Shown here piece by piece: positions 12,701 to 27,700 of a stretch of 64,000 nt of DNA. The notes beneath the pieces are model-generated. The model saw nothing but the letters and a program-made list of their open reading frames with translations, did no database searches and was not told where the DNA came from. How positions within the stretch are numbered: the first letter of the stretch is position 1; each line of letters opens with the position of its first letter. This DNA is from Octopus vulgaris (lineage: Eukaryota): positions 72,044,001 to 72,108,000 of the forward strand of contig OX597822.1 in NCBI GenBank assembly GCA_951406725.2, given 5' to 3'. Both the position numbers and the translations under genes were made by a program.

Positions 12701-15700
12701 ACCTAATTTGTCCTTGTTGAAATGTATGAATTTGTAAATCAATTTTTTGTAGCAAGGGGTTACAGTGTGAGATAGAGAAGAAGAGTTGAGGAGGATGCTA
12801 TTGTTAAATAGAACAGATTGCTTGGATTTAATATTTTGTTCTCCATTACATGCTGACACCTTATAAAAAGTACTTGTGTTGGTTCCACATCTGGAGCACC
12901 TGTGCTGGTGCCACATAAAGAGCACCCATGCTGGTGCCACATAAAAGGCACTCATGTTTGTGCCTCATAAAAAGCATCCAGTACACTCTGTAAAGTGGTT
13001 GGCATTAGGTAGGGATTCCAGCCATAGAAACTATACCAAAACAGACGATTGGAGTCTGGTGCAGTCCTCTGGCTTGCCAACTCCTGTCAAACTGTCCAAC
13101 CCTTGCCAGCATGGAAAACGGATGATGATTGAAGAATTCAAAACCAAATTAAATTTACTTAGAGATTTTAGAGACAGATTAAATAAGTACTTGGGCAGGT
13201 ATTGTCGGAGTGTTTGAAATGTCAAATGCATTGGCTAATTATTGCAGGATAGAAGACTGCTTGCATGAAGATATAATGTTAATGGATGATACACGTGATG
13301 TGAGTTGGTTATAGTAGGTTCAAATGGTAAAGTTTGGCCTAAGATTTGAGAAAATTTGGTTATAATGACCCTTAGGAAACTAGGATTCATAGATGGACTG
13401 AAAGTTTTGCAAGATCAAGAAATGCTCTGTTACATACAGCATTATGCCTACTGCTCTATTGTAGATATTCCCAAGTAGCATAGGGAAGTTAACATTTCCA
13501 TTGATGAGAATATTAATACTGATATATATTGATTTACTATCTCTGTAACATTTGTAACTTTAAACTGACATTGCCATTGCTTAAGTGCCCTTCCAGAGAT
13601 CCAGGCTGCCTAGCATACATGAGTCAACCAGAGAATACTTTCTGTATTTAAAACCTTTAACTTCTCAAGGTGAATTTCTTCCTTTCCAGGGGCCTTGCCA
13701 CATTTGAGCTCTTTAATTGCTCTTGTGACCTCAGTCTGCAAGATGTTAGTCATCGCTCCAGATGCACCGCATGTATGTCGGAAGATGTTGTTGTGATTGA
13801 GTTTAGGAGATGAGCAAAGTATTCTCTTTGTCTTGGGAGGATGCACCTATCTTCATACAGAAGGACTCCAAATGAGTTCCTGATAGAGGGAGACTTCTTA
13901 TGAAGTTGACTGAAGGTCTGCCAGAATACTTTATAGGTTTGCTGCTGAGTGTTGCTTGGCAGGAATGAAAATCAATGCTGTGGAAACTGAGATACTTGTT
14001 CTCTCAAGAAGGCCTGTGCAGTGCATATGAGCGGAGTTCCACTGAAACAGGTGAAGTTCAGGTATCTCGGAGCTGTTTTTACAGGTGATGGACGGTAGGA
14101 TGCTGAATTAAGTGCAAAAATTGCAGGAGCTGGCGCTGCAATGCACCATCTTCAGCATTTGGTCATCAGAGGAAGAGAAGTAGATGTAAAAGCCAAAATC
14201 ACTAGCTTCCGTTCGCTGTTCATGCCTACCGTTAACTATGGTCATTGAACCTTGGTTAATGACTGATGGAATATGATTTTGAATGCAGGCAGCTGAAATG
14301 GGGTTCCTCCAAAGGGTCTTTGGAGGAAAGTTACTTGATAGGGTGTGGAGCTTCAAGATCAGAGAGGCACTCCAGGCAGAGCCACTACTTCTCCGAATTG
14401 AGAGATCACAGCTCCAGTACTACAGACATGTGGTAAGGATGTCTCAGGAGGGTAAGAATTGCTAGACAAGTTTTAAAGGAAAACCAACCAGCAAGAGACC
14501 TAGGGGTAGATCACTAGCCAGATCGTAGGATAGCGTCCATGAGCTTGATTGGTCTCACTTGGAGGGCAGTTGCTTCTAACAGGACCCAATGGAAGGTATA
14601 CTGGAGGACTCTGCCCCCGTGACCCTTCCAGGAATAAATGAGTTAAGAAGAAGAGATGAGATGTCACTGATGTTGATGCACTAAACAATTTTGTATCCAG
14701 TTGTAATTTATGTTTGTAATTCATGCTTGGGTAATAACTTTTGTGCTTGGAACTGATCCTGGGGTAAACTCAGTAGTAAACTGGTATTTCATGTAGGAAC
14801 CTTCATTATGATCTTAGAATGATGGTTGTTTTATTGTTACTGTTTCTTCTTGATTTTTAGGAGAAAGATCTTGGTGATGAGTATGGTTGGAAACAGGTCC
14901 ATGGGGATGTATTCCGTCCAGCTTCCCATCCAATGTTGTTTTCAGCATTGGTCGGCACAGGTTACCACATAGGGGTCGTTGCTACTTGTGTTATCTCGTT
15001 TGCCATTTTGGGAGAACTTTACACTGAGTAAGTAGTATGTCATTTCTCTTCTGTTGTACATTATCATTGTTTTTTTTTTGAATTGATTTATTGTACATTG
15101 TAACATATGGATAAATGTGTACCAATGTCAAAGTAATAGGCCGATTACTAGAATATAGAGATGAAACACATTGTTAGCCAGTTCTTACCAACACATGTCA
15201 CATTTCTCATATTGTTAGACTGTAAAACAAAATCCATTTTTGACACTATTTTGTTGCCAGACTATTCAACTTTATTTGTTTTTATAAAATAAATTGTTCT
15301 CTGAATTGTCTTATCTTTACTTCTCTTCTTCTCTCTGCAGGCGAGGATCTTTGCTGAGTACTGCTATATTTGTATATGCTGCCACAGCTCCTGTAAATGG
15401 CTATTTTGGTGGCAGTCTTTATGCTCGTATGGGAGGTAATATATAGATTCCCTGCGCTATGATTTCTTATTTTCTTCATTCATCCTTTACTCATTACTTT
15501 TCTTTCTTTCTTTCCTCTTCAAAACTACTTCTAGTTTATGCATCAGTGAGGGATCTTCTAAGTAATGTATTTATGGTTGTGTAAAATTGAATGCGAAAAG
15601 ACTTAGAATTATTTGCAAGACAAAACCCTCCAGTTGAGGGTTTTTTATCTTTTGTAAGGTACTTAATCACCTTGTCGGTGCTGGTGCCACATAAAAAGCT

Positions 15701-18700
15701 CTGGTGCTGGCATCACATTAAATGCACTAGTGATGGTTCTATGTAAAAAGCACTGGTGATGATGCCATGTTAGACGCATTGGTGATGGTGCTACGTAAAA
15801 TGCTCTGATGCTGGCATCACATTAAATGCACTAGTGATGATGCTGTGTAAAAAGCACTGGTGATGGTGCCATGTAAAAGCTCTAATGATGGTGTTATGTA
15901 GTAGACACCATTTGGTACTATTTGTACTTGTATGCTCCATTGATGGCATATTTCAATTTCAAGGCCTTTGCACTTTAATAGTTTTTTGAGATCTTTCCAT
16001 GTGATGTTATAGTGAAAGAGAGATCAAATGTTTGCCAGAGTGCATGCTATTCTGTCAGTCTTTGATTATGATATCTGGTTGGTTTGTTTTGAACTTGATA
16101 GTTCTACAACAATTACATTCTTGATTAATTTTTCTATTTTGGAGAGGATCCTTGATGAATTACTCAATGGCTATGACTTGTCATATGGTCATGTTTCTGG
16201 ATATATTTAAATTCAGTAAGACTTGATAACAGGAAATAAGATAGATTAGTGTTTATTTTTATATTCGTTGCATGATTTTGTTCAGCTAAAAATTACAGCT
16301 TCCATTTCTTTTCTTAATTCAAAGTTTTTGGATCTATGGCTAGCTTTTCATATTGATTCACTTCCTTTCTGTCCACTCTTGCAACATAATAACCATAGAA
16401 AGGTTCTCTCTATTTTATTATTTTTTCATTCTTCTTTGATTTGTCTTTTTTCTTAATCTCATACTTTTTTTTCCCCATATACTTATCCCTGACTTAATAT
16501 TTTGCTTCTATGGTCTTTCTTATATCTTTTGTCCACTTGTACAATATATACCTTTGTTTTCACTGTTCTCTATCCCTCTCCTATTTATCTTATACATTGA
16601 AGGTTCAATTTCACCATCTCTCTCTCTCTCTCTCTCTCTCTAGCTGGGAAAAAAAAAACCTTGTGTTCACCTCTTCAGCAAAACACCTTTTCATGTCCCT
16701 CTGTTGTACTTTCACATCCTTCAATACTCAGTTGATAGGGTCTTGTCTTATAATTACTTGGTGACTTTACTGGTGCTGGTGCCACAAAAAAAGTCACCCA
16801 GTACACACTGTAAAGTGATTTGTGTAAGGAAGGGCATCCAGCTGTAGAACTGTACCAAAGCTGACATTGGATCTTGGCACAACCCTCTAGTGTCTTTGGT
16901 CCTGTTGAACCATCCAATCCATGCCAGCATAGGAAAAGGGACCTTGAATGATGATGATTTATATATATATTCCTTTTTATTCACCGTACAGTTCTTGGGG
17001 TTACTGTTACAGCTAGTTTTATTTCATACTGTTTGCATTAAACTCTGTGTTAGGAGTAGAATATATTTTGTTGTTGTTCAGTTTGGCGAACTGGATGAAG
17101 ACAAATTAGATATTTCTCTCAGGGGTACAAAAATGAAACTAGTAAGATGTGAACCTTTGATCATGCAGTTTGCAGTTTCTCATCTTAAATGTCACATTTA
17201 ACATGGTATTAATGTTTTGCGGCTATAATAAAAGAAAGAAAGAACACACATTCAGGGTACCAGGTTGTGAGATAGAAACCAAAACGTTAAGGTAGCCATG
17301 CATGTGCTTTACATAAATATAGAGTTCAGGTAAAATTGCATCTAATGATGTAATAGGTATATACATTAAATGCTCAAGTTGACTTACCACTTACTTTCCC
17401 TCTCTTTGATGCTGGAACTTTTCACTACTAAAATCCACTATTGAGGAACTGCCTTATTTCTTCTTTCTGAAGATGGTATAGACTGCTACTATATGAACAC
17501 CTTATCTTTGTCTGCTGGGAAATGCACCATTTGTGTGTCTGTTTTTGAAACAGCTGTTAGAAAGTATTGGCACACCTTCTAACTGCCTTATTTCTTATTA
17601 TCTACCCTATTCAAACAATTCTATTCTAACAACTCAGTCATCATCATCATCATCATCATCGTTTACTGTCCGTTTTCCATGCTGGCATGGGTTAGACAGT
17701 TTGATTGAGGTCTGGAGAGCCAATAGCTGCACCAGGCTCCAATTTGATCTGGTAATGTTACTACAGCTGGATGCCCTTCCTAAAGCCAACCACTCCGAGA
17801 GTGTAGTGTGTGCTTTTTACATTCCACCGGCACAGGAGCCAGTCAGGTGAGCCTGGCATTGATTACGTTTGGATAGTGTTTTTTACGTGCCACCAGCACA
17901 AGAGCCAATCAGGGAGTACTGACATTGGCCACGTTTGGATGTTGCAATTACATAAAACAACTAAATAAAGCCTTATACTAGGATAACTGGTATCCCTCAC
18001 TGATTTATATTCCTTTTTTTTTTGTTTTAATCATCCTTTTGACTAGCATTTGTAATAAATTAAACTAAATTTCTGTGATTTGTTGTGAAATTAAGATATA
18101 TCATTAACTTACAGAGAGGGAGCTTATTCGGACTGATAATAAAATTACTATATCGTTAACTATTTTCTTTTAGGTAAAGTATGGATCAAGCAAATGATGC
18201 TTAGTGCCTTCCTCCTCCCTATTTTGGTGTGTGGTACAGCCTTTTTCATCAACTTCATAGCCATTTATTACCATGCATCCAGAGCAATTCCATTTGGCAC
18301 TATGGTAAGTCATATCATTTCTCTGTTTTTGGTCTTTCCTTTTCCTTTCTGTCCACTTACTGATTGCTTTAATAACACTGTATATCTATCCTCATTTACC
18401 ATGGAGGATAACCTCCGACATACACATTGATAAACGAATCAGTGATGAATGAGTCATCTCCATGCATTTTGAAAATGTAAAGAAAAGTGGATTTGTTGAC
18501 ACCAAAGTCATGGAACACAGCAGTCTTTCTTTGTTGAGAATGCACTTGTCTGCATTGCATGTTAGAATCCGGCCCCTTTTTACTTTTCCTATTCACGGCT
18601 TCCATGTTGATGGGCACAAGTAAAACCATGTGTAAAATTTGCATGGTCATATAAACACAAGCTACAGTTGATGCATTCTCTGTTGTAGAGGATTGTTGGT

Positions 18701-21700
18701 GGTCATGGGGTGCATTTTTGCTTTACTAACAGAATCTTCGAGTGATTGAGAATCCGTGATATTATAGATCAGTCAGTGATAAGTGTAACATAGGTTTATG
18801 ATTAAGTGTACCCTGTTATCCTGGATCAATGATAAATGAACATCTGCATATAGCCTCATTGCATACAAAGCTGCAATGATGCAACGATGACAAACAAGTT
18901 GAATAAGATTCTGAAGGTAGACTAAGATGATTAGGAGCAACAGTTTGGATGCAGGCAACTTGGTACAACTGACTATTTTGGTGATAGCTCTCTTGGGCAC
19001 TGGAAGAAAACACCAAAGTCATGTACACATGCTTGTACGGCAATATGCACATACAAGTGCAGGCATGGCTGTGAAAAACCCCTTATTTGAAAAATAGGTA
19101 AGGTTGGTAACAAGAAGGGCATCCAGCTTTTAAACAGTGCTTTATTAATATGTATTTCTGTAACCCATTGTAGCATGAAAAATGGGCATTCATGGATAAA
19201 CTTTGATGATCAACCACACATCATCATTCAATTGTTCCCTGCTTCACTATAATAGACAAATGTTCCATCAGCTGTTAGCTTACGTATTAGTTTGTTTAAA
19301 AGTTTCACAAAGAAAGGTGAAACCAGTTCTGTTTGCTCAGATCAGAGAAGCTTAACCAAACTGCTAAGCTATTTGCATACATATTGATGCCATTGCTAGC
19401 AAATTCATTCCCCACTCATAGTAAACAACAACATATGATATATGTGATGTATGATAATTTGATTTAATTACTGGCAGTCCATCAGTTATAATGTCGAGCG
19501 TTCCATTTGATGCAATCAACAGAACAGCCTTCTTGTACAATAAATGTGCAAATGGTTGAGCACTCCACAGACATACGTATGCTTAGCATTGTTCTCATGG
19601 AGGTTTAGCATGATACAAATTGTGACAAAGCTAGACTATTGAAATACAGGTATAACTAATTTTTTTCCCAGCTGAGTGAACAGGAGCAACGTGAAATAAA
19701 GTGCCTTGTTTAAGGACACAACGAGTCACAAGGAATTGAACTCATGTCCTTACCATCATTATCTGAATATGCTGACGACTAAGCCATGTGTCCTCGCTGA
19801 TTTAATAAGGTCTTATGAAATCATCATTATTATCATTTAATGTCCGCTTTCCATGCTAGCATGGGTTGGACAATTTGACTGAGGACTGGCGAACCAGATG
19901 GCTGCAGCAGGCTCCAATCTGATCTGGCAGAGTTTCTACAGCTGGATGCCCTTCCTGATGCCAACTACTCTGAGAGTGTATTGGGTACTTTTACGTACCA
20001 CCGGCACAAGGGCCAATCAGGCGGTACTAGCAACTGCTTCTGGTATAATCACTTAACAATTATCAATTCACCAACATGTAATTCCGACATCTCTTCTCAA
20101 ACAACTTCTATGACTGTCTTACAAGCGTCTGTTCGTACCACTCTGTTTTTTGTATCTCCAGCATGCATGCGTACTTACGCAATTTAGAACCATCCATTCA
20201 CGGGTGTGTTTGGATTCCACCACCACATGTATGAATCTCTCTCTCTGTTTCTCCCTCCCTCTCTTTATAGATATTTCTTTCTGCTTCTATCCCTCTACAT
20301 ACATTACATGTATTACTTTATTTTGTATTGACAGGTTGCTATAACATGCATTTGCTTGTTTGTCATTTTACCATTGACTTTGGTTGGGACTGTTCTTGGA
20401 AGGAACTTAGCTGGACAGCCCAACTATCCTTGCCGTATCAATGCTGTGCCGAGACCAATTCCAGAGAAGAAATGGTAAGTAAACCATGCTCCAAATTAAA
20501 AACTTAATTTCTTATTTACTTAAAAAATATTTTTTTCAATGTAGGTACTTGCAAACTCAGTGATTCAGGTGCTGGGTTAGTGGAAAAAAATGGACGTCTT
20601 TTCAAATCTTATTACCATAACTGCATCATACCTCTAACACCTGGTTTACCAAGCCTATTTTGGGCCATGTTAAGAATGTGGGGAGTCACTGAACTCAGAA
20701 CATAGCCATTGGTGAAGTACCACTTAGCATTTCGTCCAGCATGCTAATGATTCTGCCAGCTCATCACCTTGCATAATAATAATGATAATAATAGTAGTAG
20801 TAGTAATTTATTTGCACTTGTAATAACAATTCTGCTATTGTTTCTATCCAGGTTTATGGAACCAGCTGTGATCATTATACTGGGTGGAGTTCTTCCGTTT
20901 GGTTCCATCTTCATTGAAATGTAAGTTTTTCTTTGATCTTTAACTATGATTTTAGATGTTTCCTTTTATATGTTTGTTCCTTCCTGTCTGCTTCTCTCTT
21001 AAAATTAGCATTCTCTTTATGTCTTTATTGATAGTACCTTACAATTCTTTCTCGTTTTCTCTGGTCTTCTCTCTTCTCCTGACAGTTTTCTTTCTTACTG
21101 TCTGACTTCTCTCTGACTTTCTGTCTCACCATTTTGTCTTTCCTCTCTCATTCTCTTTCTTTATCTCTTGTCTTTTTTTCCCTCTCTATTCTTCTCTATT
21201 TGTGTCTCCCTTCCCCAGTCTCTTTTCAATGCCTGTATTTCCTCTGTTAACGTCTCCATTCCACTCGCCTTTAATATTGTGTCCCCCCCCCATCTCAGGA
21301 GACAGCATAGAATCTCTTTGTTGTTCAACCTTACATTACATTCCAACATTAACTGCATCTCAGTTCTATTTCTATTTCAGGTACTTTATCTTCACATCAT
21401 TCTGGGCCTATAAGATCTATTATGTCTATGGCTTTATGTTACTGGTATTTCTGATCCTTGCCATTGTTACCATTTGTGTGACCATTGTCTGTACATATTT
21501 CCTGCTCAATGCTGAAGATTATCGATGGTAAGTGCCACACCAGTATCAATTCTCTATTTCCCTGCATGTCTCTCCTATGGTTCATCTTCTCATTACAATG
21601 ATAATGGTGATAGAGCAGTGATGCCAAAATGATAATGGTAGAAGAGAAATGACGAGAAACTAGAAATATTAGTAGGGGTCAGTTAACAATAGTGATGATG

Positions 21701-24700
21701 ATGAGTTTGATAATTTACCTCACCTCACAAAGATCTCCCACTTTTGTTTTGTGTATATTTTGTTGCTGTTAAAAGTAGAGAGACCTGCTGTCGAGTTTTA
21801 AGTTTGTTATAAAGAGTTCTGAACTTTATTGATGTCAACTGGTTTAATTTTGTTACAATTGGCAATTTGCGTTCCCTTCTTTTAAATCCTTTCACAATTC
21901 TGCCAGAGCTTGAACTGCCTCTCCTATGAATGAGAAACACTGCTTCTATGTAACGTTTCCTGGTAACAATAAACGTACCTCTTCTAATAATTTAGATAGC
22001 TGTTTAGATTAACAACAAATCTTTCCGACTAATTCTAATTGTAACGGGCATGGCTGTGTGGTTAGGGAGCTTGCTTCCTAGCTATATGGCTTCGGGTTCA
22101 GTCCACTGCGAGGCACTTTGGGTAGGTGTCTTCTGCTATAGCCCCGAGCTGACCGAAGCTTTGTGATTGAATTCGGCAGGCGGAGGTTACTGCCGTGTGT
22201 GTATATGTGCATGTAGGTGCTTGTGCCTCTCCGAAAGAGAGAGAGGAACAGCAATAAAAAAAAAAAGAAGGTAAATGTCAAAGAAGTCTTCCCATTACAA
22301 AAAATGGAATGATGCTATTGAGCTTAGCTGTTTGGATGCTGACCTGTATGTTTTGGCACTGGACGCAAACATAGGCATGTGCAGAAGGATATACATACAG
22401 ATTAGGAGAGGAACATTACAATTTATTAATTGAACACGATTGATTTAAACACATTCCCTCTCCTTGTACATATTAAGAGAAATATGCTCGTACATAACCC
22501 TGTGCCAGTGGCATGTAAAATGCACCACCCGACCGTGGTTGATGCCAGCCCCCCACCCTGACTGGCTCCTGTGCCAGTGGTATGTAAAAAGCACCATCCG
22601 AACTTGGCTGATGCCAGTGCTGCCTGACTGTCTCCCATGTCGGTGGCACGTAAAAAGCGTCCACTACACTCTTGGAGTGGTTGGCATTAGGAAGGGCATC
22701 CAGCTGTAGAAACATTGCCAGATTAGATTGGAGCCTGGTGTGGCCTCCTGGCTTGCCAGTCCCCAGTCATTTTTGTGAAGCTAGAACTTGAACTGTCTTC
22801 TGCTTGGCTTGGATGTAGCAATTCTGCATTTTTGGACCAATAAAAAATTATCAGCATTTAAAAAAAAAATTCAAATAAAAAATATAGTGAATTCATGATG
22901 GTATTTATTTGAAGAATTAATAACCACAGGCAATGGTGGGGTACTTGTGCTAACTTGCAGTAAAAGTTGACAATCAAGGATTCCAAAATTACCATGTGTG
23001 CTCAATATATTGATTAAAGTAAGTCTTCAGTGGTCCACTTTAAAGCTGCTTTTTTTTATTTCAAAAAATTGTAATCCTTTACACATTCAGCTGTTGTTGT
23101 TTGATTGATTGCTTAAAATAAATTTGATACTTAGTATAGATTAAGCTGAACCAGATTATGTATTGATGTGATTATTGTTCAGGTGTACAAAAGTCTAGCT
23201 CTGTGGGTTAGACACAACCCTTCCGATTGATGTATTGTCACATCTTTTGTTGGGGGCTCTTTTCTTCTAGACACGTGACTGTTTGCTCCTAGCATGGTTA
23301 CTGGCCCACAGAACGAATCACTGAAAGTTATAAAAAATAACTGAGGTGAAAAACAAGTTACAACCCCCTTTCCCTCCTACAAATATTGAAATATTGAAAA
23401 TTTACAGAACTATTCAATTAAAGCTATCAAGATTGTAAATAAAATATGAGCCATATTGATTTGTGGAGTTGGTGTATACGTCAATTTTTCTATATTTGCT
23501 TAGCCTTTTTGTTAGCATATTTGTGTTTAAATACATTATCTTTGTTTAAATTTATTTAGATAATATCGAAGAATTTATTAAAATGTCATTATTAAGCAAG
23601 TGATTGGAAGATAAATTTGCATGAAATTTTGATGGGAAGTTCTAAATTAGGTCACTTTAAAATAGGAAACTTGTGTAGCAGAACCAGAGTGGCGAACTGG
23701 CAGAAACGTTAGCATGCCGGGCGAAATGCTTAGCAGTATTTTGTGTGCCACTACGTTCTGAGTTCAAATTCCGTCAAGGTCGACTTTGGCTTTCATCGTT
23801 TCGGGGGGTTGGTTGATTAAACAAGTACCAGTTACACACTGGGGTCGATATAATCGGCTTAATCTGTTTGTCTGTCCTTGTTTGTCTCCTGTGTGTTGCC
23901 CCTTAATGTATAGTTTTATTATTTTTTTATTTTGATACTCTCAAAGATTAGTGGATTTTATTTTCAGTGCCTCTGTGTGTGTGTGTGTGTTTAAAGAGAT
24001 TGTGTGTTAGTGTGTCTAAAAAGTTTTGTGCAAAACGTTTTTAAATATAGTTATATTTAAATTTTATGGAAATGTACTTCCATAGCAAGTGACCTGAGCT
24101 GAGATCGTGTGCTGAAACAAAAACAGTTGCAGCATAGAAGGTGTTTATAAGCCATTTAAAAACACACAAAAACCATTAGATTCACTTCAACATTTAAATT
24201 TAATTTGCCAAAATATTTTCGTCGCTTTGAGACTGTGACATATTCATTGACAAAATTCCATGCTGCACGTTTCTTCCATATGTTTCTTAAATGGCTTATA
24301 AACACCTTCAACACTGCAACTGTTTATATTTAAACTGTTACATATTTTTTTTCTAATGTTATATCAGTTAGTTAATAATCACATTTTTGGTCAGGCTTCC
24401 AGTGGATCAACCACTGGTTTATTTTTGACAATTTGTGCTCTTTTTTTTTTTTTTACTTTTGTTTCTTGTTGACATTTCCCCAAACATTGACAAAAAACAA
24501 AATCAGTAACCTACACACACACATGCTTCCACCCAGTTTCCATTTACATATTTCACTCACAGTGTATTGGTTAATGCAAGATTATGGGAGACTACATTTG
24601 TCCAAGAAACTACACATGGGATCGAACCCAAATCCCTGTGTTTGAAATGTTGGATAAACTAAATGATAGCTATGCAATCATTTTAACAACTCAGCGATAC

Positions 24701-27700
24701 TTACCTAGTTTATTTTATATTACAAATGCTTGGCAATCAGCATGATTATATATTGATTGATGTTGATCATGAAATCTATTGATGACAGATAGTCTGATTA
24801 ATGAGGGAATATATCCAGTTACCTAGAAACGGATACACATCATCATCTGTCTGTTGTCTATTCTGGCATGGATTGGATGGTTTGACAGATGCTGTCAAGC
24901 CAGAGAGCTGCACCAGGCTTCAATTGTCTGCTTTCTACAGCTGGATTGCCTTTCCTAACACCAACCACTTCTCACAGTGCACTGGGTGCTTTTTATATGG
25001 CACCAGCATGGCTCCTTTGTACATGGCACCAGTACAGGTGCTATACAAGGACGCCGGCATGGGTGCTTTTTACATAGTGCCAGCACAGATGCCTTTACAT
25101 GGCACCAAGGAAATTCTTCCAAAGTACTGTATATCTTATTCCAGAAGTGATGGCACTGTGTAAGACTATGCTTATTCATAATGAAACAATCCACTATAAT
25201 AATACTCTTGTGTCTTTCTCCGTCACAACATATGATTGTGAAAGGAGGGGGTGATATCAAACTGAAGGTGGGATGGTGAACATTCAATGCTGAAAGAAAA
25301 ATCAAACAGCTCTGTGAGTATGTGTGTGTACAAGGGAAGTATGTGATTGTTTGTATCTGTGATTATTATGTACCTTATTTTATACCTTATTTATATATAA
25401 AATACAATTAACTGTAATTTTTGACAGCACGGGGCCAGCTAATAATACTAATAATGTTTGTGTATTGCAGGCAGTGGACCAGTTTTCTGGCTGGGGCTTC
25501 TACATCAAGTTATGTTTATCTCTACTCTTTTTACTATTTCTTTTTCAAAACAAAGTAAGTATGCTGTTTCCTCTCATTCTCTTTCCATATCGTTGTTCTG
25601 ACTTTGCTGTCTGAATAACGAATCCTTTGATCGTTTAATTCAGTCAATTAAAAATGATTGGGAATAACAAACAGTGACTTTTATCATAATCCCTCTATCT
25701 CATGGACATTCTCCTCTATTATTGGGTAGTAATCTTTACTTTTGGGGATTAGGATTAGATTTGGGGACGAGAAAAACGACAGTTTGAAGTCATTTGGGCA
25801 GGTTTATCATAATTCTGATGCTCTTTCTATGCAGTGCTTACATGCATGCAGACACCATTGAAACGTGTGTATGTGTGTGTATGGCTGTGTGTGTTTGGTT
25901 ATTTGTATGAATATGTGTGTGTGTATATATATATGTGTATGTGTATGTATGCATGTATAATTGTATATATGTGTTTGTATGAATACATACGTACATGTAT
26001 TTATGTGTGTGTATGTATATGCAAATGTCTTGGGTAACACACTAAACTGTATCCAGTGGAGCTCCATCTTGGCTGATAATGAGTTTTAGGGAGCACTGAG
26101 CTGCCCCTTAGTTACCACTACTCCCAATTCCACTCTGGCTTGAGTTGATAGTACCTGTGAAGGGTTGCAGATATGGGTCAGACACCAGATGTTTTTCTGG
26201 CTAAAACATACAAGACTCATGGAAAGGCTGGCCTCTAGATATGTGTCACATAGATCCACTCTTATGTGGACATGCCTTGATGTCATGTGAACCAGTCACC
26301 CTGCCTAAGATTTAAATAACCCTTAACCCTTTTGTTACCAACCCAGCTGAAAAATTTTTTGACTCCAACGACCAACTTGGCTGAAGCCAGCTGAGCAAAC
26401 CCATTGATATTTAAATGTGAATTTCAGTACAAAACTCGTTAATATATGCATGAAATCCTTTGATTTCACTTTGTAAATAATCAAGTCACAGTATCTAACG
26501 TTGTTTGATGTAATATCTTAGCTCTGCGAATTTTGGGAAATTTTTTTCCACATTTTTCTTCGGTGACTATTTTTTCAACTTTTAAAATGGACAACAGTTT
26601 CATGCTATCAAGCAGTGATTCTGAATTTGGGGGCTTTTCGATGGAAGGTATGGAGAAATCAAGCAAATGTAAGCTTGTAGGCTTGTTTGAAGCGATCACT
26701 ATGGAAACAAACCATTACGCAGAAAGTAAACAAACCAAGAAAACAGATAGTATTTTGTTTACTTGTATTTACACCTGTAATTAGAGTTACTCTGAGACAA
26801 AAGTTATGCACTGGAATTAAGAACCTTTTCTTCAATTGTGTTCCAAAAATCTTATGTTGATATATAAAAAAAGTTACAGTTTAATGAAACTAGTCTAAAT
26901 TTATGATTATTTTATAATTTAATTGAAACTCATAAGGGGTGTGTTTTACTTAGAAATATAGTAATGAGAGGGTTAAAGAGAGGGGTCTGGTTCATATATA
27001 ACCTGCAGGGTGAGTCTATAGCATTCCTGATTGCACCTTTTGTTGATAATTTATATTGATAAATGGAATTACTGCTGTTTTACCATAGAATTTTATCTCT
27101 TCAGGATGTATGGATTGTTCCAGACAACTTTTTACTTTGGCTACATGGCACTGTTCAGTTTAGCACTAGGGATTATGTGTGGTAAGTACTGCTTTTTCTA
27201 TTCCTGTGTTTTACAGTATGGGAAATGTGTGATGAGTATTGTGTGTATATATTGGGTCATTCCATAAATAATGTGGCTTTTTTATACAACTTTTATTTTT
27301 CAAAATTAAGATAAGCAAAGTTTTTTTTAATCTAAAATACACTCTCCTTCATTTTCTACTATGCTCTTCCATCTGTCTGGTAGACTTGCAAGGACCCTGT
27401 TCCAAAATTCACTGGTCTGTGAAGAAAAATATTCCTCCCGTACTGTTCTGACCTCGTCTACAGAATTCATATTTTTTCTATCCAAATGATTTTGAAGACA
27501 GTGGAATAAATGATATAATCAGATGTGGCAATGTCTGGTGAATATGGTGGACGGGGCATAGTTTCCCATTCAAACTGCTCCTACCTTTGGAATGTCTGTG
27601 GCCGAGCATTATCCTGATGGAAGAACTCGTTTTGTCCTTTTTTGATGTTGTTGTTATTATTATTGAAAAATACCTTAGGAATGAGAACCCAGGTTCGAAA

